Shown here: in pieces, positions 9,599 through 18,544 of the stretch
Layout of the letters: each line of letters opens with the position of its first letter
How positions within the stretch are numbered: position 1 is the stretch's first letter
Source of the DNA: an uncultured Chloroflexia bacterium
GTDB lineage: Bacteria; Chloroflexota; Limnocylindria; Limnocylindrales; CSP1-4
Assembly: GCA_963813335.1 (NCBI GenBank)
Contig: CAWEYL010000001.1
Coordinates: 617,568-681,567, forward strand
Length of the DNA: 64,000 nucleotides
Direction: 5' to 3'
Notes under the pieces: model-generated
The model's input: the letters and a program-made list of their open reading frames with translations, nothing else
Told to the model about the DNA's origin: nothing
The model's database searches: none
Translations under genes and position numbers: made by a program

Positions 9599-10398
9599 TT
9601 CCGATGATGCGTGACGTGATCGTGGCCGCGAACTGGAAGATGAACACGACGCCGGCCGATGCCGGGGACCTCGCCCGGACGATCGCAGCGCGGACCCGCG
9701 AGCCCGGCGTCATCCGGGTCATCTGCCCGCCGTTCGTCTGCCTCGCCGCCGTCCGCGATGCCCTGGCCGAGAGCGACCCCGACGTCGCCGTCGGCGCCCA
9801 GACCGTCCACCACGAGCTGGCCGGCGCCTACACGGGCGAGGTCTCCGCGCCGATGCTGGCCGGCCTCGCGACCTGGGTCATCGTCGGCCATTCCGAACGC
9901 CGCCGCGACGCCGGCGAGACCGACGAGCTGATCGGCCGCAAGCTGACACGGGCCGTCGATGCGGGCCTGCGCCCGATCCTGTGCGTGGGCGAGCAGCTGG
10001 CCGAGCGGGACGCCGGGGCGCAGGAGGGCGTGGTCGAGCGCCAGCTCGCCGGTGCCCTCGCGGCCGACGACCCGGCACGCCTGGCGGCGGCCGGCCTGGT
10101 CATCGCCTACGAGCCGGTCTGGGCGATCGGCACGGGCCGCAACGCCAGCGGCCAGGACGCCTCGGCGATGGCCGACGCGATCCGCGCGGCGCTCGCCGCC
10201 GCCGGCCTCGGCGCGGCTGCCGAGGCGATCCCGGTCCTCTACGGCGGCAGCGTCACGTCCGCGAACATCGGGGAGTTCCTCGCGGAGCCCGCGATCGACG
10301 GCGCGCTCGTCGGCGGGGCATCGCTCAAGCCGGACGAGATGGCGGGCATCGTCGCCCGCGCCGGCCTCACCGCCCGCGCACGCCGCGCCGCGGCGTGA
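9595..10398 (+). CDS. tpiA: triosephosphate isomerase
   Basis: Motifs AANWKMN, VGHSERR and YEPVWAIGTG. The true start may be ATG 9604 or 9607. Confidence 0.9.
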   Translation: MIPMMRDVIVAANWKMNTTPADAGDLARTIAARTREPGVIRVICPPFVCLAAVRDALAESDPDVAVGAQTVHHELAGAYTGEVSAPMLAGLATWVIVGHSERRRDAGETDELIGRKLTRAVDAGLRPILCVGEQLAERDAGAQEGVVERQLAGALAADDPARLAAAGLVIAYEPVWAIGTGRNASGQDASAMADAIRAALAAAGLGAAAEAIPVLYGGSVTSANIGEFLAEPAIDGALVGGASLKPDEMAGIVARAGLTARARRAAA

Positions 10399-11982
10399 CC
10401 GTCGCGCCCCGAGGCCGGCCCCGCCCGATCGTCCTCGTCGTCCTCGACGGGTTCGGGATCGGGCACGACCCCGCGGCCGACGCGATCGCCGCCGCGCCGA
10501 TGCCGACCTGGCGCGGCCTGCTGGCACGCTGGCCGCACGCATGCCCTGGGCGCCTCGGAAGGGGACGTCGGGCTGCCCGCGGGCCAGATGGGCAATTCGG
10601 AGGTCGGCCACCTGAACCTCGGCGCCGGCCGACCGGTCCTCCAGGACCTGCCACGCATCGACGCGGCCATCGCCGACGGCTCGTTCTTCGAGCGCCCCGC
10701 GCTCGTCGCCGCCTGCCGCCGGGCCGTCGAGCGGGGCGGGACGCTGCACCTGATCAGCCTGGTCGGCCCGGGCGGCGTCCACGCCAACGACCGGCACCTG
10801 GTGGCCCTGGCCGAGCTGGCCGCCCGGACCGGCGTCTCGCGCGTCCGCGTCCACGCCCTCCTCGACGGCCGCGACACGCCGCCCTCGTCCGCGCTCGGGT
10901 TCGTCGCGGACCTGGAACGGCGCCTCGCGGCGGCCCATCCGGACGCCCGGATCGCGACGGTCGGTGGGCGCTACTACGCGATGGACCGCGACGGCCGGTG
11001 GGAGCGGGTCGAGCGCGGCTACGACGCGATCGTCCACGGCGAGGCGGAGCACCGCGCGCCGAGCGCGACGGCCGCCGTCGAAGCCGCCTACGCCCGCGGC
11101 GAGACCGACGAGTTCGTGGTCCCGACCGTCATCGACGGCACGGACGCGGCGGTCCGCGACGGTGAGCCGGTGATCCACGCCAACTTCCGGGCCGACCGGG
11201 CACGCCAGCTGACGCACGCCCTCGCCGACGGCCCGGGGTTCGCCGGCTTCGAGCGGACCTCGCCGGCGGGCCGCCCCGCCCCGACCGGCCTCCTCGTCGT
11301 GACGATGACCGAGTACGAGGCCGGCCTCCCGGTCGAGGTCGCGTTCCCGCCCGAGATCGTCCGCTCGCTGGCCGACGCCGTCGCGGATGCCGGCTGGCGG
11401 CAGTGCCACGTCGCCGAGACCGAGAAGTACGCCCACGTGACCTACTTCTTCAACGGTGGCGTCGAAGCGGTCCACCCGGGCGAGGACCGGCGCCTCATCC
11501 CGAGCCCCAAGGTCGCGACCTACGACCTCGCCCCGGCGATGAGCGCCGTCGGGGTGACCGACGCGCTGGTCGCCGCGATCACCGATGGCGACTACGACGT
11601 CATCGTCGCCAACTTCGCCAACGCCGACATGGTCGGCCATACCGGCGTGTGGGACGCGACGATCGAGGCGCTCGGCGTGGTGGACGGCTGTCTCGCCCGG
11701 ATCGTCGCGGCGATCGAGGCCGTCGAGGCCCGCGACCCCGACGGGCCAGGCGCGCTGCTCGCGATCACGGCCGACCACGGCAACGCCGACGAGCTCCGCG
11801 ACGCACAGGGACGGCCGGTGACGGCGCATTCGCTGAACCCCGTGCCGTTCGTCCTCGTCGGCCGCGCGGCGGCCGGCCTGACGCTCCAGGACGGGGTCCT
11901 GGCCGACGTCGCCCCGACCCTGCTCGAGTTCGCGGGTCTCCCGCGCTGGGACGGCATGACGGGTCGGTCGCGCATCCTGTGA
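10395..11982 (+). pseudogene. gpmI: 2,3-bisphosphoglycerate-independent phosphoglycerate mutase, frame broken about 10533-10542
   Basis: The N-terminal LVVLDGFGIG reads in the frame of GTG 10395. GQMGNSEVGHLNLGAGR and the rest read in ORF 10588-11982. Confidence 0.85.
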
Positions 11983-11988
11983 TAGCAT
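11980..11988 (+). promoter_or_regulatory. candidate extended -10 promoter (TGATAGCAT) for secG
   Basis: TGnTAnnnT motif 32 nt before the secG GTG. Confidence 0.35.
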
Positions 11989-12020
11989 CCGTCGCCGTAC
12001 CGCACTGAGGCCACCGACCC

Positions 12021-12248
12021 GTGGATCCGCTCCTGGCATTCGGCCAGATCATCGTCTCGATCGCGCTCATCGTCTCCATCCTGCTGCAGGCCCGGGGCAC
12101 CGGCCTGTCGGGGACCTTCGGCGGCGATTCGGCCGTTTACCGCAGCCGTCGCGGCGTCGAGCGCCGCCTCTGGCAGTTCACGATCGCGCTGCTGGTCCTG
12201 TTCATCCTGTTCTCGCTGGCCTCCTTCGTCCTCGCCCCCGTCGCCTGA
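12021..12248 (+). CDS. secG: preprotein translocase subunit SecG
   Basis: A 75-aa two-TM protein with LLQ..G.GLSGTFGG. Position after tpiA-gpmI. Confidence 0.85.
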   Translation: MDPLLAFGQIIVSIALIVSILLQARGTGLSGTFGGDSAVYRSRRGVERRLWQFTIALLVLFILFSLASFVLAPVA

Positions 12249-12297
12249 CGGGAGCCCCGCGCCGACCTCCCGCGGCGACCGATCCGCACGGAGCCTC

Positions 12298-14028
12298 ATG
12301 ACCCGGACAGAAACCACCGTGGTCGGGGCGCTGGTCGTCCTGCTCGCGCTGATCGCGGGCCTCGTCGGCATCCCAGCGCTCACCGCGACCACGGCGACGC
12401 CATCGCCGACCGGCCCCTCGTACGCGTCCGCCCGCGCCTACCGCGAGGGCGTGGTCGGGCACCCGGTGTCCGTCAGCCCGCTGACCGCGCGCACGCAGGC
12501 CGACCGCGACCTCGTCGCGCTGGTCTTCTCCGGGCTGGTGCGCAACGGCCCCAACGGCACGATCGTGCCGGATCTCGCCTCGAGCTGGACGGTCGATCCG
12601 ACCGGCAAGGTCTGGACGTTCGACCTGCGGCCCGACGCACGCTGGCATGACGGCGAGCCGGTGACCGCCGACGACGTGGTCTACACGATCCAGACCCTCC
12701 AGGATCCGGCCTACAAGGGCCCGGCGTCGACGTCGTGGAGCGAGGTCTCGGTCGAGGCCCTGTCGCCGCTCGAGGTGACCTTCACCCTCACCACGCCGCT
12801 CGGCGGCTTCCTGCAGGCCGCGACCCAGCCGATCGCCCCGGTCCACCTGCTCGGCGAGGTCCCGGTCGACCTGCTGCCCGACCACCCCTTCGGGCGCCAG
12901 CCGGTCGGCTCCGGGCCGTTCGCGGTCGTCACGCTCGACGACGATCACGCCGACCTCGTCCCGGCCGAAGCCGTCCAGCCGGCAGCGGCCGCATCCGCCG
13001 ACCCGTCGGCTATCCCGACCGATTCGCTCACGACCGCCCGGCCGACGGGGCGGCCCGAGCGGCCGACGCCCTACCTCGCCGGGATCGACATGCGCTTCTA
13101 CGACACCGCGGACCAGCTGGTCGCGGCCTACAAGTCGGGCGACCTCGACGCCGCCGCGGGCCTGCCGCCGGCGGCCGGCACCGAGCTCGCCACGGCGTCC
13201 GACAGCCGGCTCCTGCGCTATCCGGGCTCGACGCTGACCGCGGTGCTGCTCAATCTGCGCCCGACCCACGCCGAGTTCCGCGATCCGGCCGTGCGCACGG
13301 CGCTCCTCCGGGCGATCGATCGGGCCGCGATCGTCGGCACCGTGTTCGCGGACGCCGCGGTCGTGGCCCCCGACCCCATCCCGCCGAGCTCGACGCTCTT
13401 CGACCCCGCCGCGGACCCTGCCGTCGCGTTTTCGCGCACCGAGGCGAAGAAGGCGCTCAAGGCCGCCGGCTGGACCCAGGAGAACGACGGCTGGCACCTG
13501 CCCAAGACCAAGGCGCCGTTGGCCATCGAGATCGCCAGCCCGGACAAGGCCACCAACCCGGTCGCGTTCGCGGTCGCCGCGGCCGTGGTCAAGGACTGGA
13601 AGGCGATCGGTCTCGACGTCAGCCACGAGGCCCTGCCCGCGGCCCAGTTCGTCATGGAGCGGCTCTCGAGCGGGACCTTCTCGGCGGCCGTCACCGACGT
13701 GACCATCGGCCTCGACCCGGACCTGTACCCGCTGCTCGCGTCGAGCCAGACCCGGACCGGCGGCTCGAACGTCGCCGGCGTCCAGGACCCGGCCCTCGAC
13801 AAGCTGCTCACGAAGGCCCGCGCGCCCGGCAGCCAGGCCGACCGCGAGGCGGCCTACTCGGCCCTCGAGAAGGCGCTCGGGACCGGCCGCTACCTCCTCC
13901 CGATCGCCTTCGCGGACGAGACGGTCGTGGTCCGTGACACGGTCCAGGGACCCGCCGCGCGACAGGTCGCCGACCCGGCTGACCGATTTTGGGATGTGCT
14001 AACATGGCGCCTCGCCGACGGCCGGTAA
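12298..14028 (+). CDS. ABC transporter substrate-binding protein, family 5 (peptide/nickel type), orphan
   Basis: N-terminal signal/anchor. The conserved block LVRNGPNGTIVPDLASSW...WHDGEPVTADDVVYT is typical of SBP_bac_5. Confidence 0.8.
   Translation: MTRTETTVVGALVVLLALIAGLVGIPALTATTATPSPTGPSYASARAYREGVVGHPVSVSPLTARTQADRDLVALVFSGLVRNGPNGTIVPDLASSWTVDPTGKVWTFDLRPDARWHDGEPVTADDVVYTIQTLQDPAYKGPASTSWSEVSVEALSPLEVTFTLTTPLGGFLQAATQPIAPVHLLGEVPVDLLPDHPFGRQPVGSGPFAVVTLDDDHADLVPAEAVQPAAAASADPSAIPTDSLTTARPTGRPERPTPYLAGIDMRFYDTADQLVAAYKSGDLDAAAGLPPAAGTELATASDSRLLRYPGSTLTAVLLNLRPTHAEFRDPAVRTALLRAIDRAAIVGTVFADAAVVAPDPIPPSSTLFDPAADPAVAFSRTEAKKALKAAGWTQENDGWHLPKTKAPLAIEIASPDKATNPVAFAVAAAVVKDWKAIGLDVSHEALPAAQFVMERLSSGTFSAAVTDVTIGLDPDLYPLLASSQTRTGGSNVAGVQDPALDKLLTKARAPGSQADREAAYSALEKALGTGRYLLPIAFADETVVVRDTVQGPAARQVADPADRFWDVLTWRLADGR
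13997..14005 (+). promoter_or_regulatory. candidate extended -10 promoter (TGCTAACAT) for the tRNA-Leu/Leu/Val cluster
   Basis: TGnTAnnnT motif 41 nt before the tRNA 5' end. It lies in the last codons of the SBP gene. Confidence 0.4.
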
Positions 14029-14046
14029 CGGTCGAAAGGGTCCATC

Positions 14047-14133
14047 GCCGAGGTGGCGGAACTGGTAGACGCGCTAGCTTCAGGAGCTAGTGTCCGCAAG
14101 GGCGTATGGGTTCAAATCCCTTCCTCGGTACCA
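14047..14133 (+). tRNA. tRNA-Leu(CAG)
   Basis: Hand-folded cloverleaf with a long variable arm, anticodon loop TTCAGGA and an encoded CCA. Confidence 0.9.
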
Positions 14134-14167
14134 ACCCCTCCGTGATGGACCCGAGCCCGGTGCACCT

Positions 14168-14252
14168 GCCCAGGTGGCGGAATTGGTATACGCGTACGTT
14201 TGAGGGGCGTATGAGGCAACTCATCCGGGTTCAAGTCCCGGCCTGGGCACCA
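14168..14252 (+). tRNA. tRNA-Leu(GAG)
   Basis: Hand-folded cloverleaf with a long variable arm, anticodon loop TTGAGGG and an encoded CCA. Confidence 0.9.
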
Positions 14253-14305
14253 ACCTTCGAGCGACCTGACGACCGTCCCACGCGGACGGTCGTCATACTG
14301 TCCGC

Positions 14306-14382
14306 GGGCGGTTAGCTCAGAGGGTCAGAGCGCCCCGTTTACACCGGGGAGGTCACTGGTTCGATCCCAGTACCGCCCACCA
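14306..14382 (+). tRNA. tRNA-Val(UAC)
   Basis: The 77-nt cloverleaf folds cleanly. Anticodon loop TTTACAC, encoded CCA. Confidence 0.9.
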
Positions 14383-14417
14383 GTCCCGCGCATGGCCCGA
14401 CGGTCGGCGCGCGGGAC
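14383..14417 (+). terminator. hairpin after the tRNA cluster (9-bp perfect stem GTCCCGCGC/GCGCGGGAC), no U-tract
   Basis: Inverted repeat read directly from the sequence. A terminator function is inferred only. Confidence 0.3.
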
Positions 14418-14423
14418 GCGTCC

Positions 14424-14432
14424 TGCTAGACT
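14424..14432 (+). promoter_or_regulatory. candidate extended -10 promoter (TGCTAGACT) for lemA-htpX
   Basis: Same 9-mer as upstream of rpsF. It lies 46 nt before the lemA ATG. Confidence 0.4.
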
Positions 14433-14478
14433 CGATGGCGACGGTCGCCGCCCCAGGACGGCCTGATGGAGGACACGG

Positions 14479-15048
14479 ATGAACTGGCCCCTGATCATCA
14501 TCATCGCGATCGTCGTCATCCTGGTCGTCGGGCTGATCGCGCTCTACAACGGCCTCGTGCAGCGGCGCCTGCGCGTCGACGAGGCGTTCGCCCAGATCGA
14601 GGTCCAGCTCAAGCGCCGCCACGACCTGATCCCGAACCTCGTCAACGCCGTGAAGGGCTACATGGGGTTCGAGCAGAAGGTCCTGACCGACGTCACCAAC
14701 GCCCGGGCCAACGCCGTGGCCGCCGGGGCCCAGGGCCCCGCCCAGCAGGCCGCCGCCGAGAACGCCCTGACCAGCACGCTCCGCTCGCTCTTCGCCACGG
14801 TCGAGAACTACCCCGAGCTGAAGGCGAACGAGAACGTCCTCTCGCTCCAGGAGCAGCTGACCACGACCGAGAACCAGATCTCGTTCTCGCGCCAGCACTA
14901 CAACGCCAGCGTGCTCGACTACAACACCAGCATCGCCACCTTCCCGAGCGTCCTGATCGCCGGGATCTTCGGCTTCGTCAAGCGCGAGTTCTTCGACGCC
15001 GAGCCCGAGGCCCAGACGGTCCCGAACGTCGACCTGACGCTGGGCTGA
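14479..15048 (+). CDS. lemA: LemA family protein
   Basis: N-terminal TM helix followed by YNGLV..R..V.EAFAQIEVQLKRRHDLIPNLV. GGAGGA RBS. Confidence 0.85.
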   Translation: MNWPLIIIIAIVVILVVGLIALYNGLVQRRLRVDEAFAQIEVQLKRRHDLIPNLVNAVKGYMGFEQKVLTDVTNARANAVAAGAQGPAQQAAAENALTSTLRSLFATVENYPELKANENVLSLQEQLTTTENQISFSRQHYNASVLDYNTSIATFPSVLIAGIFGFVKREFFDAEPEAQTVPNVDLTLG

Positions 15049-15070
15049 CCGCCCGCTCGCGGGAGACCCG

Positions 15071-16057
15071 GTGGCCGGCTCGACGTTCTATAGCCAGATC
15101 TCCGCGAACCGGCGGAACTCCTTCCTGCTGGCGCTGCTCGTCGTCGCGATCTTCGGGCTGCTGGGCTTCAGCATCGGCTACGCCTGGACCGGCGGCCCGG
15201 CCGGGGCCGTCGCGATCGCGCTCTTCGCGCTGTTCCTGGGTGGCCTGAGCGGGGTCGGCAGCTATTACGCCGGCGACAAGCTGGTCCTTGCCGCCAGCCA
15301 GGCTCGTGAGGTCGACCCGACCGCCGCGCCCCAGCTCATGAACGTCGTGCAGGAGATCGCGATCGCGGCGAACGTGCCGATGCCCAAGGTCTACATCATC
15401 GACGACACGGCACCGAACGCCTTCGCCACCGGCCGGGATCCCAAGCATGCCTCGGTGGCGATCACGACCGGCCTGCTCGAGAAGCTCGACCGCGAGGAGC
15501 TGCAGGGCGTCCTCGGCCATGAGCTGTCGCACATCCGCAACTACGACATCCGCTTCGCGCTGATCGTCGGCGTGATGGTCGGCGTCATCGCGATCCTGGC
15601 CGACTTCTTCCTCCGCTTCACGTTCTGGAGCGGCGTCACGGGACGACGTCGCGAGAGCGGCTCGAGCAGCTCGGGCGGCGGAGCCCAGGCCATCTTCATG
15701 GTCATCGCGTTCGTCCTGGCGATCCTCGCGCCGATCATCAGCCGCTTCATCCAGCTGGCCGTCAGCCGCCAACGTGAGTACCTCGCGGACGCGTCATCGG
15801 TCGAGCTCACCCGCAACCCGGTCGGGCTGGAGCGGGCGCTGGCCAAGATCGCCGGCGACCAGGAGGTCCTCGAGGTGGCCAACCGCGGGACGCAGCACAT
15901 GTACTTCACGAACCCGATCAAGAAGTTCGAGGATCGCTCGTCGGGGCTCATGTCGACCCACCCGCCGATCATCGACCGGATCAATCGCCTGCGCGAGCTG
16001 ACGGGGGAGGGGCCGCTCGCGCCGAGCGACGCGGCGAGCCTCGCCGGCCTCGACTAG
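15071..16057 (+). CDS. htpX: M48-family zinc metalloprotease HtpX
   Basis: HELSHIRNYD (HExxH) motif, four TM segments, C-terminal THPPIIDRI. Confidence 0.85.
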   Translation: MAGSTFYSQISANRRNSFLLALLVVAIFGLLGFSIGYAWTGGPAGAVAIALFALFLGGLSGVGSYYAGDKLVLAASQAREVDPTAAPQLMNVVQEIAIAANVPMPKVYIIDDTAPNAFATGRDPKHASVAITTGLLEKLDREELQGVLGHELSHIRNYDIRFALIVGVMVGVIAILADFFLRFTFWSGVTGRRRESGSSSSGGGAQAIFMVIAFVLAILAPIISRFIQLAVSRQREYLADASSVELTRNPVGLERALAKIAGDQEVLEVANRGTQHMYFTNPIKKFEDRSSGLMSTHPPIIDRINRLRELTGEGPLAPSDAASLAGLD

Positions 16058-16103
16058 CGCGTCCCGGGCGCCTGGCCGCCTCCGGCGTCGGCCCGGCTGC
16101 TCG

Positions 16104-16112
16104 TGGTATCCT
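16104..16112 (+). promoter_or_regulatory. candidate extended -10 promoter (TGGTATCCT) for tRNA-Phe/Gly
   Basis: Lies 41 nt before the tRNA-Phe 5' end. An identical 9-mer precedes rpmB on the other strand. Confidence 0.4.
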
Positions 16113-16153
16113 GCCCACCGCCGACGGACAGCCCCAGGCTGGTTGGCCATCGG

Positions 16154-16229
16154 GCCGAGATAGCTCAGTTGGTAGAGCACGCGACTGAAAATCGCGGTGT
16201 CGCCAGTTCGAATCTGGCTCTCGGCACCA
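16154..16229 (+). tRNA. tRNA-Phe(GAA)
   Basis: 76-nt cloverleaf, anticodon loop CTGAAAA, encoded CCA. Confidence 0.9.
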
Positions 16230-16253
16230 CCGCTCGCGGTGGTCGCGCTCCGG

Positions 16254-16329
16254 GCGGAAGTGGCTCAGTTGGTAGAGCATCACCTTGCCAAGGTGAGGGT
16301 CGCGGGTTCGAGTCCCGTCTTCCGCTCCA
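16254..16329 (+). tRNA. tRNA-Gly(GCC)
   Basis: 76-nt cloverleaf, anticodon loop TTGCCAA, encoded CCA. Confidence 0.9.
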
Positions 16330-16519
16330 ACCCCCTCGTCGTCGACCCTCGTTCGCCGCGCCCCGTGCCGTGGACGGGCTCCTCGGGCGTCCCGGCTGCG
16401 CGGTTCGTGGCGCATGGCACTTGTGAAACGCAGCCAGGACGACGACGATTCGATACGAACGGCGTCGGTGACCACCGAGCCTTCGCCCGGGTCACGGCCG
16501 TCGAAGTCGCCGAGACTCG

Positions 16520-17841
16520 ATGTTGGCACGCACGCTCCTCGGATCCGCCCTGTCGGTGATGCTGGTCGCGGCCTGCGCCGCGCCGGCGGCCGAGCCTGCC
16601 TCATCGGCCCCGTCGCCGTCCGTCGCGCCCACCCCGACCGCTACAGCCGCCGTCGTGAGCCCGACGCCGGTCGCAGCCTGGCAGCTCGCCACCATCCCGC
16701 CTGCCGTCCATGGCTGGCTCGCGACGCCGATGGCTGTCGCCGTGGGCGGCGGACACCTCGTCGCCGTCGGTGGGGTGGTCTCCCGGCATCCCTTCGCCGA
16801 GGGCCCCTGGTACGGCGGCATCTGGACGTCAGTCGACGGGCTCGTCTGGACCCCTGCCAGTCTCGACCCGGTCCTCGAGGTCGGCAACCTCCAGCCGACA
16901 AGCGGTCCACAGATCGGGCTCTCGGACGTGGCCTACGGTCCCGGCGGGTTCGTCGTGCTCGGTCACACGGGGTTCCCGGGCAAAGGCGTGCGGGTCGGCC
17001 TGTGGCGATCCTCCGATGGTGAGACGTGGGAGCGTACCGATCTACCGGACGCACTGTTCGCAGGAGCCCGCGTGGCCGCGTTCGAGCCGGAGGCCCGGGC
17101 TATCTGATCGTCGGCGCCGTCCTGGATCGTGAGGCGCCGTCGAAGGGTGCCGTCCCGCCAAAGGCGGCGGTCTGGACGTCGCGTGACGGGATCACCTGGA
17201 CACGAGTCGCCGACCAGGAGGCATTCGCCGTCGGCGGCTACATCGACACCGGCGAGGCGCCCGAGTCGGGCGGGATGCTCGACGTGACGGCGTCGGACAC
17301 GGGGTTGACCGCGGTCGGACGGCAGTGCCCCACGACGGACCTCGGGCAGTTCGTGGGATCGAGCGGGATGTGCCGGCCGCTCGTCTGGACATCCGCAACC
17401 GGTGAGACCTGGACGAGGATCGACCCCAAGGTCGCCGGGCATCCGGGCGACGTGACCTCGATCGCGGCGGTCGCAGGCATGGTCGTGGCGGTCGGCGGTA
17501 GCACAGGCGACGCCCCGGCGCGGTACACGCTGCGCTCCACCGATGGCGTCACGTGGCAATGGGCGGAGGTGTCGGGCCTGCCTCGCCTCGATGCCATCAC
17601 CGCGACGGGCGGGGGGTTCGCCGCCAGCAGCCACGATGCCGGGCACGTGGACGTGTGGACCTCGGTCGACGGCCGCGCCTGGCGCACCGTCCCCGACCTG
17701 CCGGCCATGGCCGGCGACGCCAGCGTGCGGGCCACGGACCTGGTGGCGTCGGACGATCGACTGGTCGTTGTCGGCTGGCGCGAGACCCACGACGAGCCCG
17801 ATGCGTCAGGCTTCGCGCTGGTCGGTCCGCTCGGACCGTAG
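16520..17841 (+). pseudogene. lipoprotein with six Asp-box-like (S-x-D-G-x-x-W) beta-propeller repeats, frame broken about 17075-17095
   Basis: Lipobox LVAAC. Repeats: WTSVDGLVW, WRSSDGETW, WTSRDGITW, WTSATGETW, RSTDGVTW, WTSVDGRAW. ORFs 16520-17107 and 17026-17841 join in a -1 relation. Confidence 0.7.
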
Positions 17842-17962
17842 GACCGACGCCGCACGCTTGACAGGAACCGGCAGCGCGCCACACCCTAGACACACGGAAT
17901 TGGCATTCGAGCCGGTGCCCGGAGCACGGATGACAGCCTGCAGAGGCGAGTCGGAGACGGGG

Positions 17963-18009
17963 CCTCGCCACGGTGAGGCTCATGGGTTCGAGTCGCGTCG
18001 TCCGCTCCA
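17963..18009 (+). pseudogene. degenerate 3' half copy of tRNA-Gly(GCC), not a foldable tRNA
   Basis: A hand alignment to 16283-16329 gives about 40 of 47 identities, running from the anticodon loop to CCA. The 5' half has no similarity and there is no D arm. Confidence 0.6.
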
Positions 18010-18031
18010 TCCCTCCCTCGAAGGTCCCCGC

Positions 18032-18105
18032 TGCCCCTTCGTCTAGTGGTAGGACAGCGGACTTTGGATCCGTGAACCGAGGTTCGAATCCTCGAGGGGC
18101 AGCCA
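18032..18105 (+). tRNA. tRNA-Gln(UUG)
   Basis: 74-nt cloverleaf with a U1-A72 pair, anticodon loop CTTTGGA, discriminator G and an encoded CCA. Confidence 0.85.
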
Positions 18106-18133
18106 GACAACCCGGGACGGCCCGGGCGATCGC

Positions 18134-18210
18134 GGCGACGTGGTGAAGTGGCTCAACACGGAGGTCTGCAAAACCTCTATTCACCGGTTCGAATCCGGTC
18201 GTCGCCTCCA
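18134..18210 (+). tRNA. tRNA-Cys(GCA)
   Basis: 77-nt cloverleaf, anticodon loop CTGCAAA, encoded CCA. Confidence 0.85.
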
Positions 18211-18227
18211 CATCCTGAGCACGAAAC

Positions 18228-18258
18228 GACCCGCTGGGTGACCAGCGGGTCTTCGTTT
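18228..18258 (+). terminator. intrinsic terminator after tRNA-Cys
   Basis: Perfect 10-bp stem GACCCGCTGG/CCAGCGGGTC with loop GTGA, followed by TTCGTTT. Confidence 0.65.
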
Positions 18259-18544
18259 GGTCGTGAGTTCGGGCCGTCCCCTCTCAGCCTCGACGTCTGA
18301 GTCGACGAGGGACCGTCCCTCGTGACGAATGAGCGTCCCGCCGCTGCGCCCGGCGTAGCCCCGGAGCTGTCGCCGCCCATGCTGGCGGCCTGGCGCGCCA
18401 GGACCGGGCCTCAGAAGCTTGTTGAAGTGAGGGAGGGCCTACCGGCGCGAGACAGACGGGGGTCTGGAAGGTCCGGGCGGGGCGCACGCTCCGGGGCGAA
18501 CTAGGACATTCGGGGAATGGCGAGGCGACTGACTCCGTGCGGAG

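Noticed and set aside
7273-12039. A 1588-aa ORF on the minus strand spanning six + strand genes.
   Set aside because: Its translation is Arg/Gly/Ala/Pro-rich nonsense with no motifs. It lies antisense to clearly recognisable rapZ, yvcK, whiA, tpiA and gpmI. Stop-free antisense frames are expected at this G+C content.
17921-18009. Possible full-length unusual tRNA (tRNA-Sec or tRNA-Ser-like) or other structured RNA. A long 11-bp closing helix (GGAGC-AC-GGATGA / TCGTCCGCTCC) can be drawn.
   Set aside because: No D arm, no 7-nt anticodon loop and no TCA anticodon in a loop could be folded. Only the 3' 47 nt resemble a tRNA (Gly-GCC). I kept it as a tRNA fragment or att-like repeat instead.
18322-18504. 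A 60-aa ORF in the leader of the islet.
   Set aside because: No RBS, Arg/Gly-rich composition and poor codon pattern. I treated it as non-coding leader.
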